A DNA stretch of 64,000 nt from a virus. Lineage: Duplodnaviria; Caudoviricetes. The notes under the pieces are model-generated. The model had not been told where the DNA came from. It did not search any database and saw nothing but the letters and a program-made list of their open reading frames with translations. The stretch lies in IMG/VR virus record IMGVR_UViG_3300037067_003221, positions 64,001-128,000 of that record; one strand, given 5' to 3'. Position 1 is the first letter of the stretch, and every line of letters begins with the position of its first letter. Shown here piece after piece: positions 49,043 to 58,452 of the stretch. Both the position numbers and the translations under genes were made by a program.

Positions 49043-49879
49043 GGTTTATTCCTCTGGGAAAGGATAAATTGCCTCTGGTGGCGGCGATTTAATATCCAGT
49101 TTCTTTTCAGCCCGTTCCATACGTAATTGCAATTTTATAATTGCAAATTCAATCTTTGACATTGGTTGCGGCCCAAGAACTTCGCGGTTATTATTATATT
49201 CAAACCATAAGAAATTACCCAGGAATGCACCCAACAAGCAACATAGAATATATGCTATGTGTCTCATTTGTCGTCCTTAAATCTACAATAAGGGTTAATA
49301 ACTGTTAAAGGTCCGGGGCCAGTATATAATGGATTCCGATATAGTGTAGGCCGATCTTCAACAGTCGTCTCTCGCCAGTGCCGATCTACAATCGTATTGA
49401 CGCGAACAATATTTCCAGGCCAATATTCTTGGTCTAGTTTTGACTTGGCTTCCGAAGCCGCTTTAGCGGTCGCATTCTGTTCCGTGGCCCATGTGAAAAA
49501 TTCTGCATCAGACATTGCCTTCACTTCTTGCGAGTAGGTAATGGGTGGTGGAAGATTTTCACTGATTGTGATTTTCAAATCAGCCGCGCTCACAAAACTG
49601 GTACAAGCGACCAGCAGCATACTAAACAGTAGGCGGTACATTATTCCCTCCGAATAGACTCTTGATTTTTAGCACAATGTCCTTAATCTTGATGGCGGCG
49701 ACCGTGCCTAACTTAACCAATGCAACCGACACAGGAATTGGATACGCTACGGCCTTAATAATAACCTCAGTATTCAAGCCCTCGGCTGAGTCAGAATCTT
49801 CCGTCAACTTGACGATCAATCCCGCAATGTACGCAACTAAAATATAACTCATATAAACTCCAATTTGTAAAAGAAATAT

Positions 49880-49901
49880 GGGGCCTAGTTGTCTAGGCCC
49901 C
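49880..49901 (-). terminator. Hairpin terminator downstream of the SSB-like gene
   Basis: GGGGCCTAG/CTAGGCCCC. Confidence 0.65.
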
Positions 49902-49955
49902 GAAAAATATACCTGTCGTTAAGCCGCATTACATGGCCAACAGGTAGGGCTATAA

Positions 49956-50702
49956 TTAACGTGCGCGTTTCTTCGTGGTCGTTTCCTCAACTTTTTCGAT
50001 CTCGGTATTTTTCAACGCCATGAAATTTTCAATCTCAGTTTTCAACGCCTCAATAGGAGGTAGGTTGCTGAATGGCTCTGAACAGCCTGAACAAACAGGA
50101 ACGTGCCAGCCCCAATCACCCTTTGTCACGTACTTGGCTTTTAACGTGCAGGGTAGTGGTCCATGTGCCTTACATGGTTTGCCAGTCTTGGTTTCCAGGG
50201 CTTCCGCCGTGGCCTCTGACATTGGCAAGAAGGCTCCAATCTTACCACATTCATTTCGCATTGACTTCGTGCCGCAGAAAAGTTCATAGAACTTTCCAGT
50301 TGACCGTTCAAAAATCAAGAACGTCAGGCCGAACATGCAACCTGAATTAGCCGTTTTTCCGGTTGTTTCAATTTCACGAAACTGTTCCGAAGTGGGGTCG
50401 TAGTTCGTGACGATGGCATCCTTGTCTCGCATATCCAACGCCTTTGGGCGGCAGCAAAGCGGAAGAATGTCAATCTCCGTGCCCAAATCTTCAATGTTGT
50501 CGTCGCTGTGCGGAACACCATAACGACCTGGGCCAATCAGTCCTTGATCGATGGCTTTACCTTTCGTGTAAAGCTGTAGGCGTTCAAGGTACTCACTCGA
50601 CTTAGACAGGCCGAGGAACACTTCGGATGCCATGTCGATGCCTAGTGCCGGTACGCCAGCCACGTCTTTAACTGCCAATTCTGTACTCTTCGCCATAATC
50701 AA
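49956..50702 (-). CDS. Probable ssDNA-binding/annealing protein
   Basis: Position in the replication module, beta-rich pattern, charged tail; strong GGAGA RBS. Confidence 0.45.
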   Translation of the reverse strand: MIMAKSTELAVKDVAGVPALGIDMASEVFLGLSKSSEYLERLQLYTKGKAIDQGLIGPGRYGVPHSDDNIEDLGTEIDILPLCCRPKALDMRDKDAIVTNYDPTSEQFREIETTGKTANSGCMFGLTFLIFERSTGKFYELFCGTKSMRNECGKIGAFLPMSEATAEALETKTGKPCKAHGPLPCTLKAKYVTKGDWGWHVPVCSGCSEPFSNLPPIEALKTEIENFMALKNTEIEKVEETTTKKRAR

Positions 50703-50766
50703 ATCTCCAAAAACTAAAGGTAAAACCAGCCGCCGAAGTAGCGACTAAATAGGTTACACAATAAAG

Positions 50767-50849
50767 CGGAAGGTGTGGGACTCGAACCCACAACCCCTTT
50801 CGAGGCACCACGTTAGCACCGTGGCTGCTTGCCAATTCGCTTACCTTCC
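50767..50849 (-). tRNA. tRNA-Ser(GCT), overlapping the last 9 nt of the ParB-like gene
   Basis: RC GGAAGGT/ACCTTCC-G, CCACG-GTGCTAA-CGTGG, long variable arm. Confidence 0.9.
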
Positions 50850-51764
50850 TTGTGGCTTAGGCTTCATCAAATCAGGACGCGCCGCGAACTTCCGTGCTTT
50901 TCTTTGTTGTCGTTTAATTGCCGTGTCTTTCTTCTTCTGGACCGAAATTGGGTCTAAATGCAACGTCCATGCAAGAGCCATTTTCCAGATTTGTAGTGGG
51001 TCTAAATTTTCAAGTCCAGCTAAAATCTTAGGTGCGTCCTGCAAATTATTGTATTCAGTTTTAATCTGATTCAGTGTACGTAAATGATCGTACACAACTC
51101 CCATATCAACTTGGCTCAGATATTTTACCATCTTGCCTTGTTTCATAGATTCACGAAATGACTTTAGAAATTCCCTAATATATTGGATGAATATTTTGAC
51201 TGGCATTTCTGCTGCTTTTGGCAACAAATCATCTTGAACTCGGTAAGGTAACTTTGCTAATAAATGTGCGGACCCAAGCGGTATCTTATCCATATCAAGT
51301 TGCTTCTTTGCCTCATTAGACAAATAATTCAACTTGAGCATTTGCTTAATCCATTTTGGTCCTTTATGCAAACGAGTAGAGAGTTCCTCCATTGTTAATT
51401 CTGGATTATCCACAAAAAACATCTTTAAGCGCGCAGCATATTCCGCTGGGCGAGTTTCATGGTGGATTGCGTTTTCTTCTACTTGACACTCTAATAACTC
51501 TCGGTCGTCAGCCCCTTCTTTTATAATACAGGGGACTTCTTTGAGTTCAAGGTCAAGAGCGCAACAGAATCTATGTAGGCCAGCAATAACTTCAAACTTA
51601 CCGGGCTGCCGGTAAGAGGGCCTCACACACAACGAACATAAGAATCCATGTGCCTGTATAGAGTCCCGCATTTCCAAGTAGTCTAGGCTGGTCTTATCGA
51701 TCAACCTTAACAAGGCATACGGGGGCACAATTTGTTCGACAGGGATATTTGCTAATTTTTCCAT
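50841..51764 (-). CDS. ParB-like protein
   Basis: SIQAHG..VRP..EVIAGLHR..VPC..EEN..HTH region. Confidence 0.88.
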   Translation of the reverse strand: MEKLANIPVEQIVPPYALLRLIDKTSLDYLEMRDSIQAHGFLCSLCVRPSYRQPGKFEVIAGLHRFCCALDLELKEVPCIIKEGADDRELLECQVEENAIHHETRPAEYAARLKMFFVDNPELTMEELSTRLHKGPKWIKQMLKLNYLSNEAKKQLDMDKIPLGSAHLLAKLPYRVQDDLLPKAAEMPVKIFIQYIREFLKSFRESMKQGKMVKYLSQVDMGVVYDHLRTLNQIKTEYNNLQDAPKILAGLENLDPLQIWKMALAWTLHLDPISVQKKKDTAIKRQQRKARKFAARPDLMKPKPQGR

Positions 51765-52051
51765 AATTTACAAGCAGAACATAAATTCACAGAAACTAAA
51801 GGTCTAATGTCATCAATGTTATTAACTGGGTGGCCGCAGAAGAAGTCAGCACGGTTGCACTGGCAATCTTTGTCCTTATATACTTGGTACGTCCTAAATG
51901 GGCAGAAGGTCCACTCAGGAACCAATATCCATTTTGAGCTACCAACCTTGTACCCCTGTGGTGGGGTGGGCGGTTTTCCCTTTGGAGGATAAACTAATGT
52001 ACCATCGGGTAATACTCTCGGCGCACTCATAGTTTTATTTCCTCGCTACTA

Positions 52052-52428
52052 TATTAGACGCAATTCAGTGGTAATTATCCAGTGATTTTCAGAAATTTTC
52101 CAAAAATAAATCGGCGCAACACTTCACTCCCGGTCAAAACACACCTAAGTCCTTATTTGGTAAGGGTTTAAGTATGTAGGCTGTTTTTTGCAAATTCAAA
52201 ACAAACTGTTTCCCTATAGAATTTTTTATGCCTCTCAGAAAATCGTTCTCGTTGGGAACTTTGTTTTTTTAAGTTTGCAAAAAACAGCCTACATACCTAA
52301 GTCCTTGTATATCAACAACTTAGATACGATTTAACCGGGGATGAAGTGTGAGGTTTTCAATGTTGAAAAAATACAACACGGTATTTTTCAAAATCTTCTG
52401 GATAATTACCACTGAATTGCGTCTAATA
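52052..52428. repeat. Nested long inverted repeat at the strand switch (origin/divergent-promoter candidate)
   Basis: Perfect 31-bp IR 52052-52082/52398-52428, perfect 23-bp IR 52172-52194/52274-52296, plus imperfect arms. Confidence 0.9.
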
Positions 52429-52457
52429 CTATATACGAACCTTGGTACGGAGATAAT

Positions 52458-55190
52458 ATGATGCTGTTGACTGAACAATTAACTCGATTCTTTCAAGTTG
52501 TACCGCACAACAATAGTCGAGTAGCCGGTTGGTATAACCCCTCTATGGAAGTACAAGTTCTCGTTGCGGCAGGCGACGGAGAAGCTGTTGCCGGTAAGAA
52601 TGGGGTATTCTGTGGCAACCAATATGCCTACGACTGGTATAATGTGCGTATGCCAAAGAACGCAAACTCAGACCCTATCAATAATGACCATGAGTTGCGG
52701 TATCCATTAGATATACACGCCGACAGCATTGGATTAACAGGTTGGAATTGGGCAGATAAGAAATCCGTGCGCATAGGTTTTGATTATGACTCAATTACTG
52801 GACATGCCGAAGGTGTTGGTGTAACCGATGAAGATTTACAACGTGTCACTGAGAAATTAAACGAGATTCCAGAAGCGTTGGTTCTTCGCAGCACCGGCGG
52901 TTCTGGCCTTCACGTCTATTTCGAGTTTGACCCAGACAATCTACCTACAACAAACAACCACACAGAACATGCTGCGCTCGCGCTTGCCTGTCTTAAAGAG
53001 ATTTCCTTGAAGGTTGGATTTGACTTTCAAGCCTCAATGGATGTTGGTGGCGGAAATATGTGGGTATGGGCACGACGCACCACATCTGAAAATCAAGGTC
53101 TGACGACTTTGAAAGATAATGTCAATGCAGACGGTAGCCCAGCCTATCTAGTCCCACCAGCAAATTGGGAAATGTATATTGACGTGGCAAATCGCCGCCG
53201 TACTAAAGTACGGATTGCGGGCCTGACTGATGCAGACCAACAGGAATTAGAAGATAAGTCTGCCGGACAAAAGATCACATTTGACGATAGACACCGTAAA
53301 ATTATTTCTGAACTAACGTCGTACACTAATTATACGACTGTTCTAGTTTCAGAATATAAACTTGTTCAGACACACACTCGACTACTAAAAGAACTCTTTG
53401 ATAGTAAGGTGGACTCTGATGACCCAATTTTAGGCTCGTTTGAAACAAATTCAACTGGCCGAGAGCCAAGTAAACCAAACTGTTTTATGTTCCCGTTGGA
53501 AGATGGGGCGTTTCGAGTATTGCGCTTTGGTAAAGGTGCCTCAGAGCATCCTTCATGGAAGTGCGATAAAAGTGGTTGGACTTACTGTTTCTACAATAAA
53601 CCTTTAACATTAGATGGAGCGGCCTCGGCCTTTGACGCATTACAAGATGACGTTAAAGGTGGTGGCTATAACTTTCCTGATGGAAGTAGTGCAGTTGCAG
53701 CAATCCGATCAATGGGTCACAGGATTGAAATTCCTGATGAAATCATAGATCGAAAAGTACGCCTATCACCAGTTAAGGGTGGAAAACTATTAGTTGAAGT
53801 TGTTAAATTGGAAGAAGAGAAAGATGAACCAATCGGTTGGTTAAAGAAGAAAGATAAGTTTTATAAAATCTTTTCTATCGATGTTCGTTCAACAACTGCC
53901 GTGCCTCTTGAAATAGAGGATATGGATAAAAAAATTCGAGCGTTGATTTCGACCGATAAGAAAGCGGCTGGCTGGATGGTTTCCCATACCTCTGGAAGCT
54001 GGATTCAAACAAATAAGGATGATGGTCGCTCACGGTTAAAAGCGGCTGGGTATGGTGATGCAACGGAAGCAGCGTTAGGAGAGGCATTTATGAATGCCTG
54101 GACTGTTGTGAATATTCCTTTTCAAGATGAATTTCCTGGCAATCGTCAGTGGAATCTTAATGCACCTTCATTACGATTCAAATCTGAACCTTATGAACCT
54201 GGGGATTCGCCCCACCCGCACTGGGATATGATCTTAGAGCATGTGGGCGCAGATTTAACGCCTAATTTGAAACAATTGAGTTGGGCACAGAAGAATGGAA
54301 TTGTGACTGGAAAGGATTATTTGCTGCGATGGATTGCATATATGATTCGTGAACCTTTTACAAAGTTACCCTATATTTATTTATGGGGTAATCAATGTAC
54401 TGGAAAATCGATGTTGCATGAAGCAATCCGACGACTAATGAATGGCGGATACATGTCGGCTGATTCAGCTTTGACAAATACTAGTGACTTCAATGGTGAA
54501 TTAGCAGGTGCCGTATTGTGTGTGGTGGAAGAAAAGAACATCACTAAGAATGCAGCACAAGTTTATAACAAGATCAAGGAACTTGTAACATCAGAAATCA
54601 TTTCCATTCATGCAAAGTATAAACAGCCCGTACTTCAAAAGAATGCAACGCACTGGATTCAGTGTGCAAATAAGCGAGATAGTTGTCCTATTTTTTCAGG
54701 CGATACCCGTGTAACAATGATCTATGTGGATACGTTGCTAAATGAAGAAATCCCGACACATAAGATGTTTGAATTTCTTGACGCAGAAGCCCCGTATTTT
54801 ATGTACACGTTAATGAACACGCCGCTACCTGATATTGACCACCGACTGAAACTACCAGTAGTCGATACGGCAAGTAAGGAACAACTTATTTTGGCAAATA
54901 TGAACGCACTTGAAAGCTATCTGGATGAACATTGTTTCTTGATTTCAGGGTATTCAATTCCGTTCGACGATTTTGTAGATAAGTTCTTAGAGAAATTAAC
55001 TCCAAGAGACAGAGATTTATGGGATAGACAGACTATCATCAACAATCTACCTGTCAACTGTGTTGTGGGAAAAGCCAATGGTACGATGTATATTGGGAAT
55101 CTTTCCTACAATGACCAAACGGCTCCAAGACAAAAACTAATTTGTGAAAATGGAATGCTAGTACCTGACTTACAAGGGAGGTCTGAATAA
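52458..55190 (+). CDS. Primase-helicase (AEP-like N-terminus + SF3/D5-like NTPase)
   Basis: FDYD, RSTGGSGLHVY; WGNQCTGKS, FNGEL, VVEE, IKELVT, DTR. Confidence 0.85.
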   Translation: MMLLTEQLTRFFQVVPHNNSRVAGWYNPSMEVQVLVAAGDGEAVAGKNGVFCGNQYAYDWYNVRMPKNANSDPINNDHELRYPLDIHADSIGLTGWNWADKKSVRIGFDYDSITGHAEGVGVTDEDLQRVTEKLNEIPEALVLRSTGGSGLHVYFEFDPDNLPTTNNHTEHAALALACLKEISLKVGFDFQASMDVGGGNMWVWARRTTSENQGLTTLKDNVNADGSPAYLVPPANWEMYIDVANRRRTKVRIAGLTDADQQELEDKSAGQKITFDDRHRKIISELTSYTNYTTVLVSEYKLVQTHTRLLKELFDSKVDSDDPILGSFETNSTGREPSKPNCFMFPLEDGAFRVLRFGKGASEHPSWKCDKSGWTYCFYNKPLTLDGAASAFDALQDDVKGGGYNFPDGSSAVAAIRSMGHRIEIPDEIIDRKVRLSPVKGGKLLVEVVKLEEEKDEPIGWLKKKDKFYKIFSIDVRSTTAVPLEIEDMDKKIRALISTDKKAAGWMVSHTSGSWIQTNKDDGRSRLKAAGYGDATEAALGEAFMNAWTVVNIPFQDEFPGNRQWNLNAPSLRFKSEPYEPGDSPHPHWDMILEHVGADLTPNLKQLSWAQKNGIVTGKDYLLRWIAYMIREPFTKLPYIYLWGNQCTGKSMLHEAIRRLMNGGYMSADSALTNTSDFNGELAGAVLCVVEEKNITKNAAQVYNKIKELVTSEIISIHAKYKQPVLQKNATHWIQCANKRDSCPIFSGDTRVTMIYVDTLLNEEIPTHKMFEFLDAEAPYFMYTLMNTPLPDIDHRLKLPVVDTASKEQLILANMNALESYLDEHCFLISGYSIPFDDFVDKFLEKLTPRDRDLWDRQTIINNLPVNCVVGKANGTMYIGNLSYNDQTAPRQKLICENGMLVPDLQGRSE

Positions 55191-55398
55191 TGGATTATAT
55201 AATTAAGGTCTATCGAAAGTTTGGTGGAGATCGTATCCGCTTAGTTGCTGAGATACGTTGGTCTGGTGAATTTACTAAGAATCCAACCCGCTTTGCTCGT
55301 AAACATGGCGGCGATATTGTCGAGATTGTCCCAGCTATGACGGGGCGTTTTGGCGATGATGATTTTGGCGATACTAACTTTTAATTGGAGATTTTGAT

Positions 55399-55854
55399 AT
55401 GGCGAAGTATGGTATGCAAGATGGTGGAAAGAAACAATCTTTCGGTAAAGGCATGGCTATTCGGGACACGGCTGATGATAAACCGCGTCCAGATTTAATC
55501 TCGCCATTTGCAAAAGAACGTCAAGGCCACTGGCTCGCTATGGGCGCGCGCAAGTACGCGGAGCGGAATTGGGAGCGAGGAATGCCCTTCTCCCGGTGTG
55601 TAGCTTCACTTGAGCGGCATACAATGAAGTTTGAGCAAGGATTGAAAGACGAAGATCATCTTGCAGCAATCATGTTTAACGCAATGGCTCTAATCCATTA
55701 TGAAGAAATGATTGAGCGAGGAGTATTGCCCGCCACTTTGAACGATATGCCTAACTACCGTGCTGCAATTAAGCGAGCAAAGCGTGTGGTAAAGAAAGTT
55801 AAACGCAAGACTGCAAAGAAATCTACAGTCCCGCGTAAACGGAGTAAGAAATGA
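55399..55854 (+). CDS. dATP/dGTP diphosphohydrolase (DUF5664)
   Basis: KPRPDLISP, GARKYAERNWERG, SLERH, EDHLAAIMFNA. Confidence 0.88.
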   Translation: MAKYGMQDGGKKQSFGKGMAIRDTADDKPRPDLISPFAKERQGHWLAMGARKYAERNWERGMPFSRCVASLERHTMKFEQGLKDEDHLAAIMFNAMALIHYEEMIERGVLPATLNDMPNYRAAIKRAKRVVKKVKRKTAKKSTVPRKRSKK

Positions 55855-56426
55855 AGTATATAAGTATTGATCTTGAAACAACCGGCCTCGACGATAGTTA
55901 CTGCCAGATTCTTGAGTTCGGGGCTGCGTATGATGATGAAACCTCACACATCAGCCAACTTAAAACATTCAGACGAATTGTACTTCATAAGAAGATAGTC
56001 GGAGAGCCTTATGCTCTCTGGCTCAATGCCGAACTTTTGAAAGAGATTGCCGAATATAATCCAATTACTAGTCCACGAAATCTGTTCTGTCAGGAAGATC
56101 AACTTCTACCAGAATTTGCAGATTGGCTTTCTAGTATCGGTTTGAATCCGTTAAGTGTGGTTGTAGCAGGAAAGAATTTTGCAAACTTTGATTTGCAATT
56201 TATCAACCGTTTGCCCGGTTATGGGTGTCGAGTTAATTTTCATCGTAGAATTGCCGACCCGGCCACATATTACCTGCTGCCCACGGACAAGGAATTACCT
56301 AACACGCAGACTTGCTTGAAACGAGCAGGGCTGCCAGAGTTCGTCGCTCATAAAGCTGTGGACGATGCTATTGATGTAATCAGATTGCAACGGCATGGAC
56401 AAGAGCGGCTTTGGGAGAAACTATAA
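55851..56426 (+). CDS. DEDDh 3'-5' exonuclease
   Basis: IDLETTG, GKNFANFD, HKAVDDA. Confidence 0.88.
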   Translation: MKYISIDLETTGLDDSYCQILEFGAAYDDETSHISQLKTFRRIVLHKKIVGEPYALWLNAELLKEIAEYNPITSPRNLFCQEDQLLPEFADWLSSIGLNPLSVVVAGKNFANFDLQFINRLPGYGCRVNFHRRIADPATYYLLPTDKELPNTQTCLKRAGLPEFVAHKAVDDAIDVIRLQRHGQERLWEKL

Positions 56427-56661
56427 TGGTTCCAAATGAAAATACACAAGCAGCCCGACGTTTAATTGCGGGCGGTATTGCTGATTTTATTATGTATCTT
56501 GCGGCTTTAGAAAGTCCAATTATTGTGGGGAAACAATACCCACGTAATCGACTAGTTAAGGCATACAATGAATGGGCGACTTCTCGCCGGTTTAGCACAG
56601 ATGACGCAGATGTAAATCTGTGGCTCAATGCCTGCCAGAAAGGTTTTATGAGGAAGTAACA

Positions 56662-57282
56662 ATGACCAAAGTATATAAAGGGCTATTGAGTCTGAACTAC
56701 AATTTGCTAGCATCCGTGGATGTTGAGACGACCGGAAGAATGCCCGGTTACCATGAGATTATTCAGATTGCCGTACAACCTCTTGACAGCGATTTTGAAC
56801 CGCTGGCTGGGGTCACGCCCTTCTATATGAATATTGCACCAGAGTTCCCAGAACGGGCTGAGAAAGAGGCTACAGTGGTCCACGGCCTTAACCTCAAGGA
56901 ACTTCAAGAGACAGCGATGCCCGCAAGTAAAGTCATTGATATTTTTGGAGAGTGGTTCCATGCTCTGGATTTGCCATTCCGAAAAAACATTGTTATGTTA
57001 GCTCATAACCATTCATTTGAAGTCGGCTTCCTAAAAGCGTGGCTCGGTGTCAATCTATATGATGAATATTTTAATCCACTTATTCGTGATAGCATGGGGC
57101 TGGCGATTGGATTAAATGACCGAGCATATTGCCGAAGTGAAGAACCGCTATTCACTTCCTACGGTCTTACAGCTTTGTGTAAACAATTTGGGATCGAGAA
57201 TCTACATTCCCACGATGCACTGGCAGACGCGCTAGCCGAGGCAAAGATATACAAAATCTTAATGCAATTACCCGTCGTCTAA
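56662..57282 (+). CDS. Second DEDDh (DnaQ-like) exonuclease
   Basis: VDVETTG, AHNHSFE, HDALADA. Confidence 0.88.
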   Translation: MTKVYKGLLSLNYNLLASVDVETTGRMPGYHEIIQIAVQPLDSDFEPLAGVTPFYMNIAPEFPERAEKEATVVHGLNLKELQETAMPASKVIDIFGEWFHALDLPFRKNIVMLAHNHSFEVGFLKAWLGVNLYDEYFNPLIRDSMGLAIGLNDRAYCRSEEPLFTSYGLTALCKQFGIENLHSHDALADALAEAKIYKILMQLPVV

Positions 57283-57286
57283 ATAA

Positions 57287-57322
57287 AAATAGCCCACCAT
57301 AGAAATCTATGGTGGGCTATTT
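57287..57322. terminator. Bidirectional terminator between convergent modules
   Basis: AAATAGCCCACCATAGA/TCTATGGTGGGCTATTT. Confidence 0.9.
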
Positions 57323-57325
57323 GTT

Positions 57326-58060
57326 TTACCAAAACTCTCTTGGGCAGTGTTCTGTTGCCATCTTAATTTTGTTCAGCATTGCTGCTCCTGCTGCTTTAAC
57401 TTTGCAGCCACACCCTTTGCAGCGTTTGGACTCGGCATCATACCAGTCACACTTGGAACAAAAGTTTTTATGTATATCGGCTACCTGTGCGTCTGTTCTT
57501 TCTGGGCGACCAGCCGCAATCCATTTCTTCAAAGCTACCCAGTAGTTACTTAATTGTTTTCCTATGCTAGGTATTTCTGGCACAGTGCTGTCTGGGTCTC
57601 CACCCAGATTTTCAATATCTATCAAACAAGCATTGCAATCTGCAAAGCAAATCTTTTTATTGAGAACCACACATCTGGTATCTAAGACTAATGCTCCATC
57701 TTGTCCAAGTCTATTAAGATAGGCTCGATAGGGACATACTTTCCAATGTGATTTATACACCCATGCGGATTCTCGTTCAAAACCATCTGGAATCTCAGGT
57801 TCGGGTGCGTCGATTTGTTCGTAAATTAACTCGCCTTCTGGACCCCAGACAGGTTGTTTATAAATAGGGTTGGTGGGTTTAGAGGTTGCACAACTACTTA
57901 GTTGATATAAGATTGGTACTCGTAGAACACACAAGCCACAATCTACCTCTTCAACAGTCTTTCCATACGTACACGCTTGACCGTGGGCGCACTTCCACTT
58001 CTGATCGCGGGAGCCATCCTTGGATACAACAACTACATTTCTACGCCGTTCGCAATCCAT
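57326..58060 (-). CDS. Cys-rich protein with C-terminal CxxC..CxxCGC..CP..W module
   Basis: CSKC..RCKGCGC..KIKMATEHCPREFW. Confidence 0.7.
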   Translation of the reverse strand: MDCERRRNVVVVSKDGSRDQKWKCAHGQACTYGKTVEEVDCGLCVLRVPILYQLSSCATSKPTNPIYKQPVWGPEGELIYEQIDAPEPEIPDGFERESAWVYKSHWKVCPYRAYLNRLGQDGALVLDTRCVVLNKKICFADCNACLIDIENLGGDPDSTVPEIPSIGKQLSNYWVALKKWIAAGRPERTDAQVADIHKNFCSKCDWYDAESKRCKGCGCKVKAAGAAMLNKIKMATEHCPREFW

Positions 58061-58063
58061 AGA

Positions 58064-58444
58064 TCACCATAATTTAAGCGGACAATGAAAATGTTCTAAT
58101 CTCATTCGTTCTCGAACAGGTATATTACTGCCGGGGCAGTCACATACCGCACAGAGTTTTTCCTTCTCATTATACTTTGCACATTTGGCACAGTACGTTT
58201 TGAAGAAATAGTCTATTTCGGCTTGTGTCCGCTCCGGGCCTTCGGACTCGGAGCCGTTGAAGTGAAGTAGCCAATCGGCTATCTGTGCTTCATCAGGCAA
58301 GACCCGGAGTGGACAAGTCTCACAAAGTTCGGGAGCAAGAACCTGTACAAAGAGGCGACAATTATCGTTGCCGCATCTTGATACTTTTATTCCAAGGTTA
58401 CTAGCAAAAACAGTCTCTTGAAATTTACAAAGCATTGTTTTCAT
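58064..58444 (-). CDS. Cys-rich paralogue of the 57326..58060 protein
   Basis: ERT.A..CAKC..CAVCDC..HCPLKLW. Confidence 0.65.
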   Translation of the reverse strand: MKTMLCKFQETVFASNLGIKVSRCGNDNCRLFVQVLAPELCETCPLRVLPDEAQIADWLLHFNGSESEGPERTQAEIDYFFKTYCAKCAKYNEKEKLCAVCDCPGSNIPVRERMRLEHFHCPLKLW

Positions 58445-58452
58445 TTGTCACC

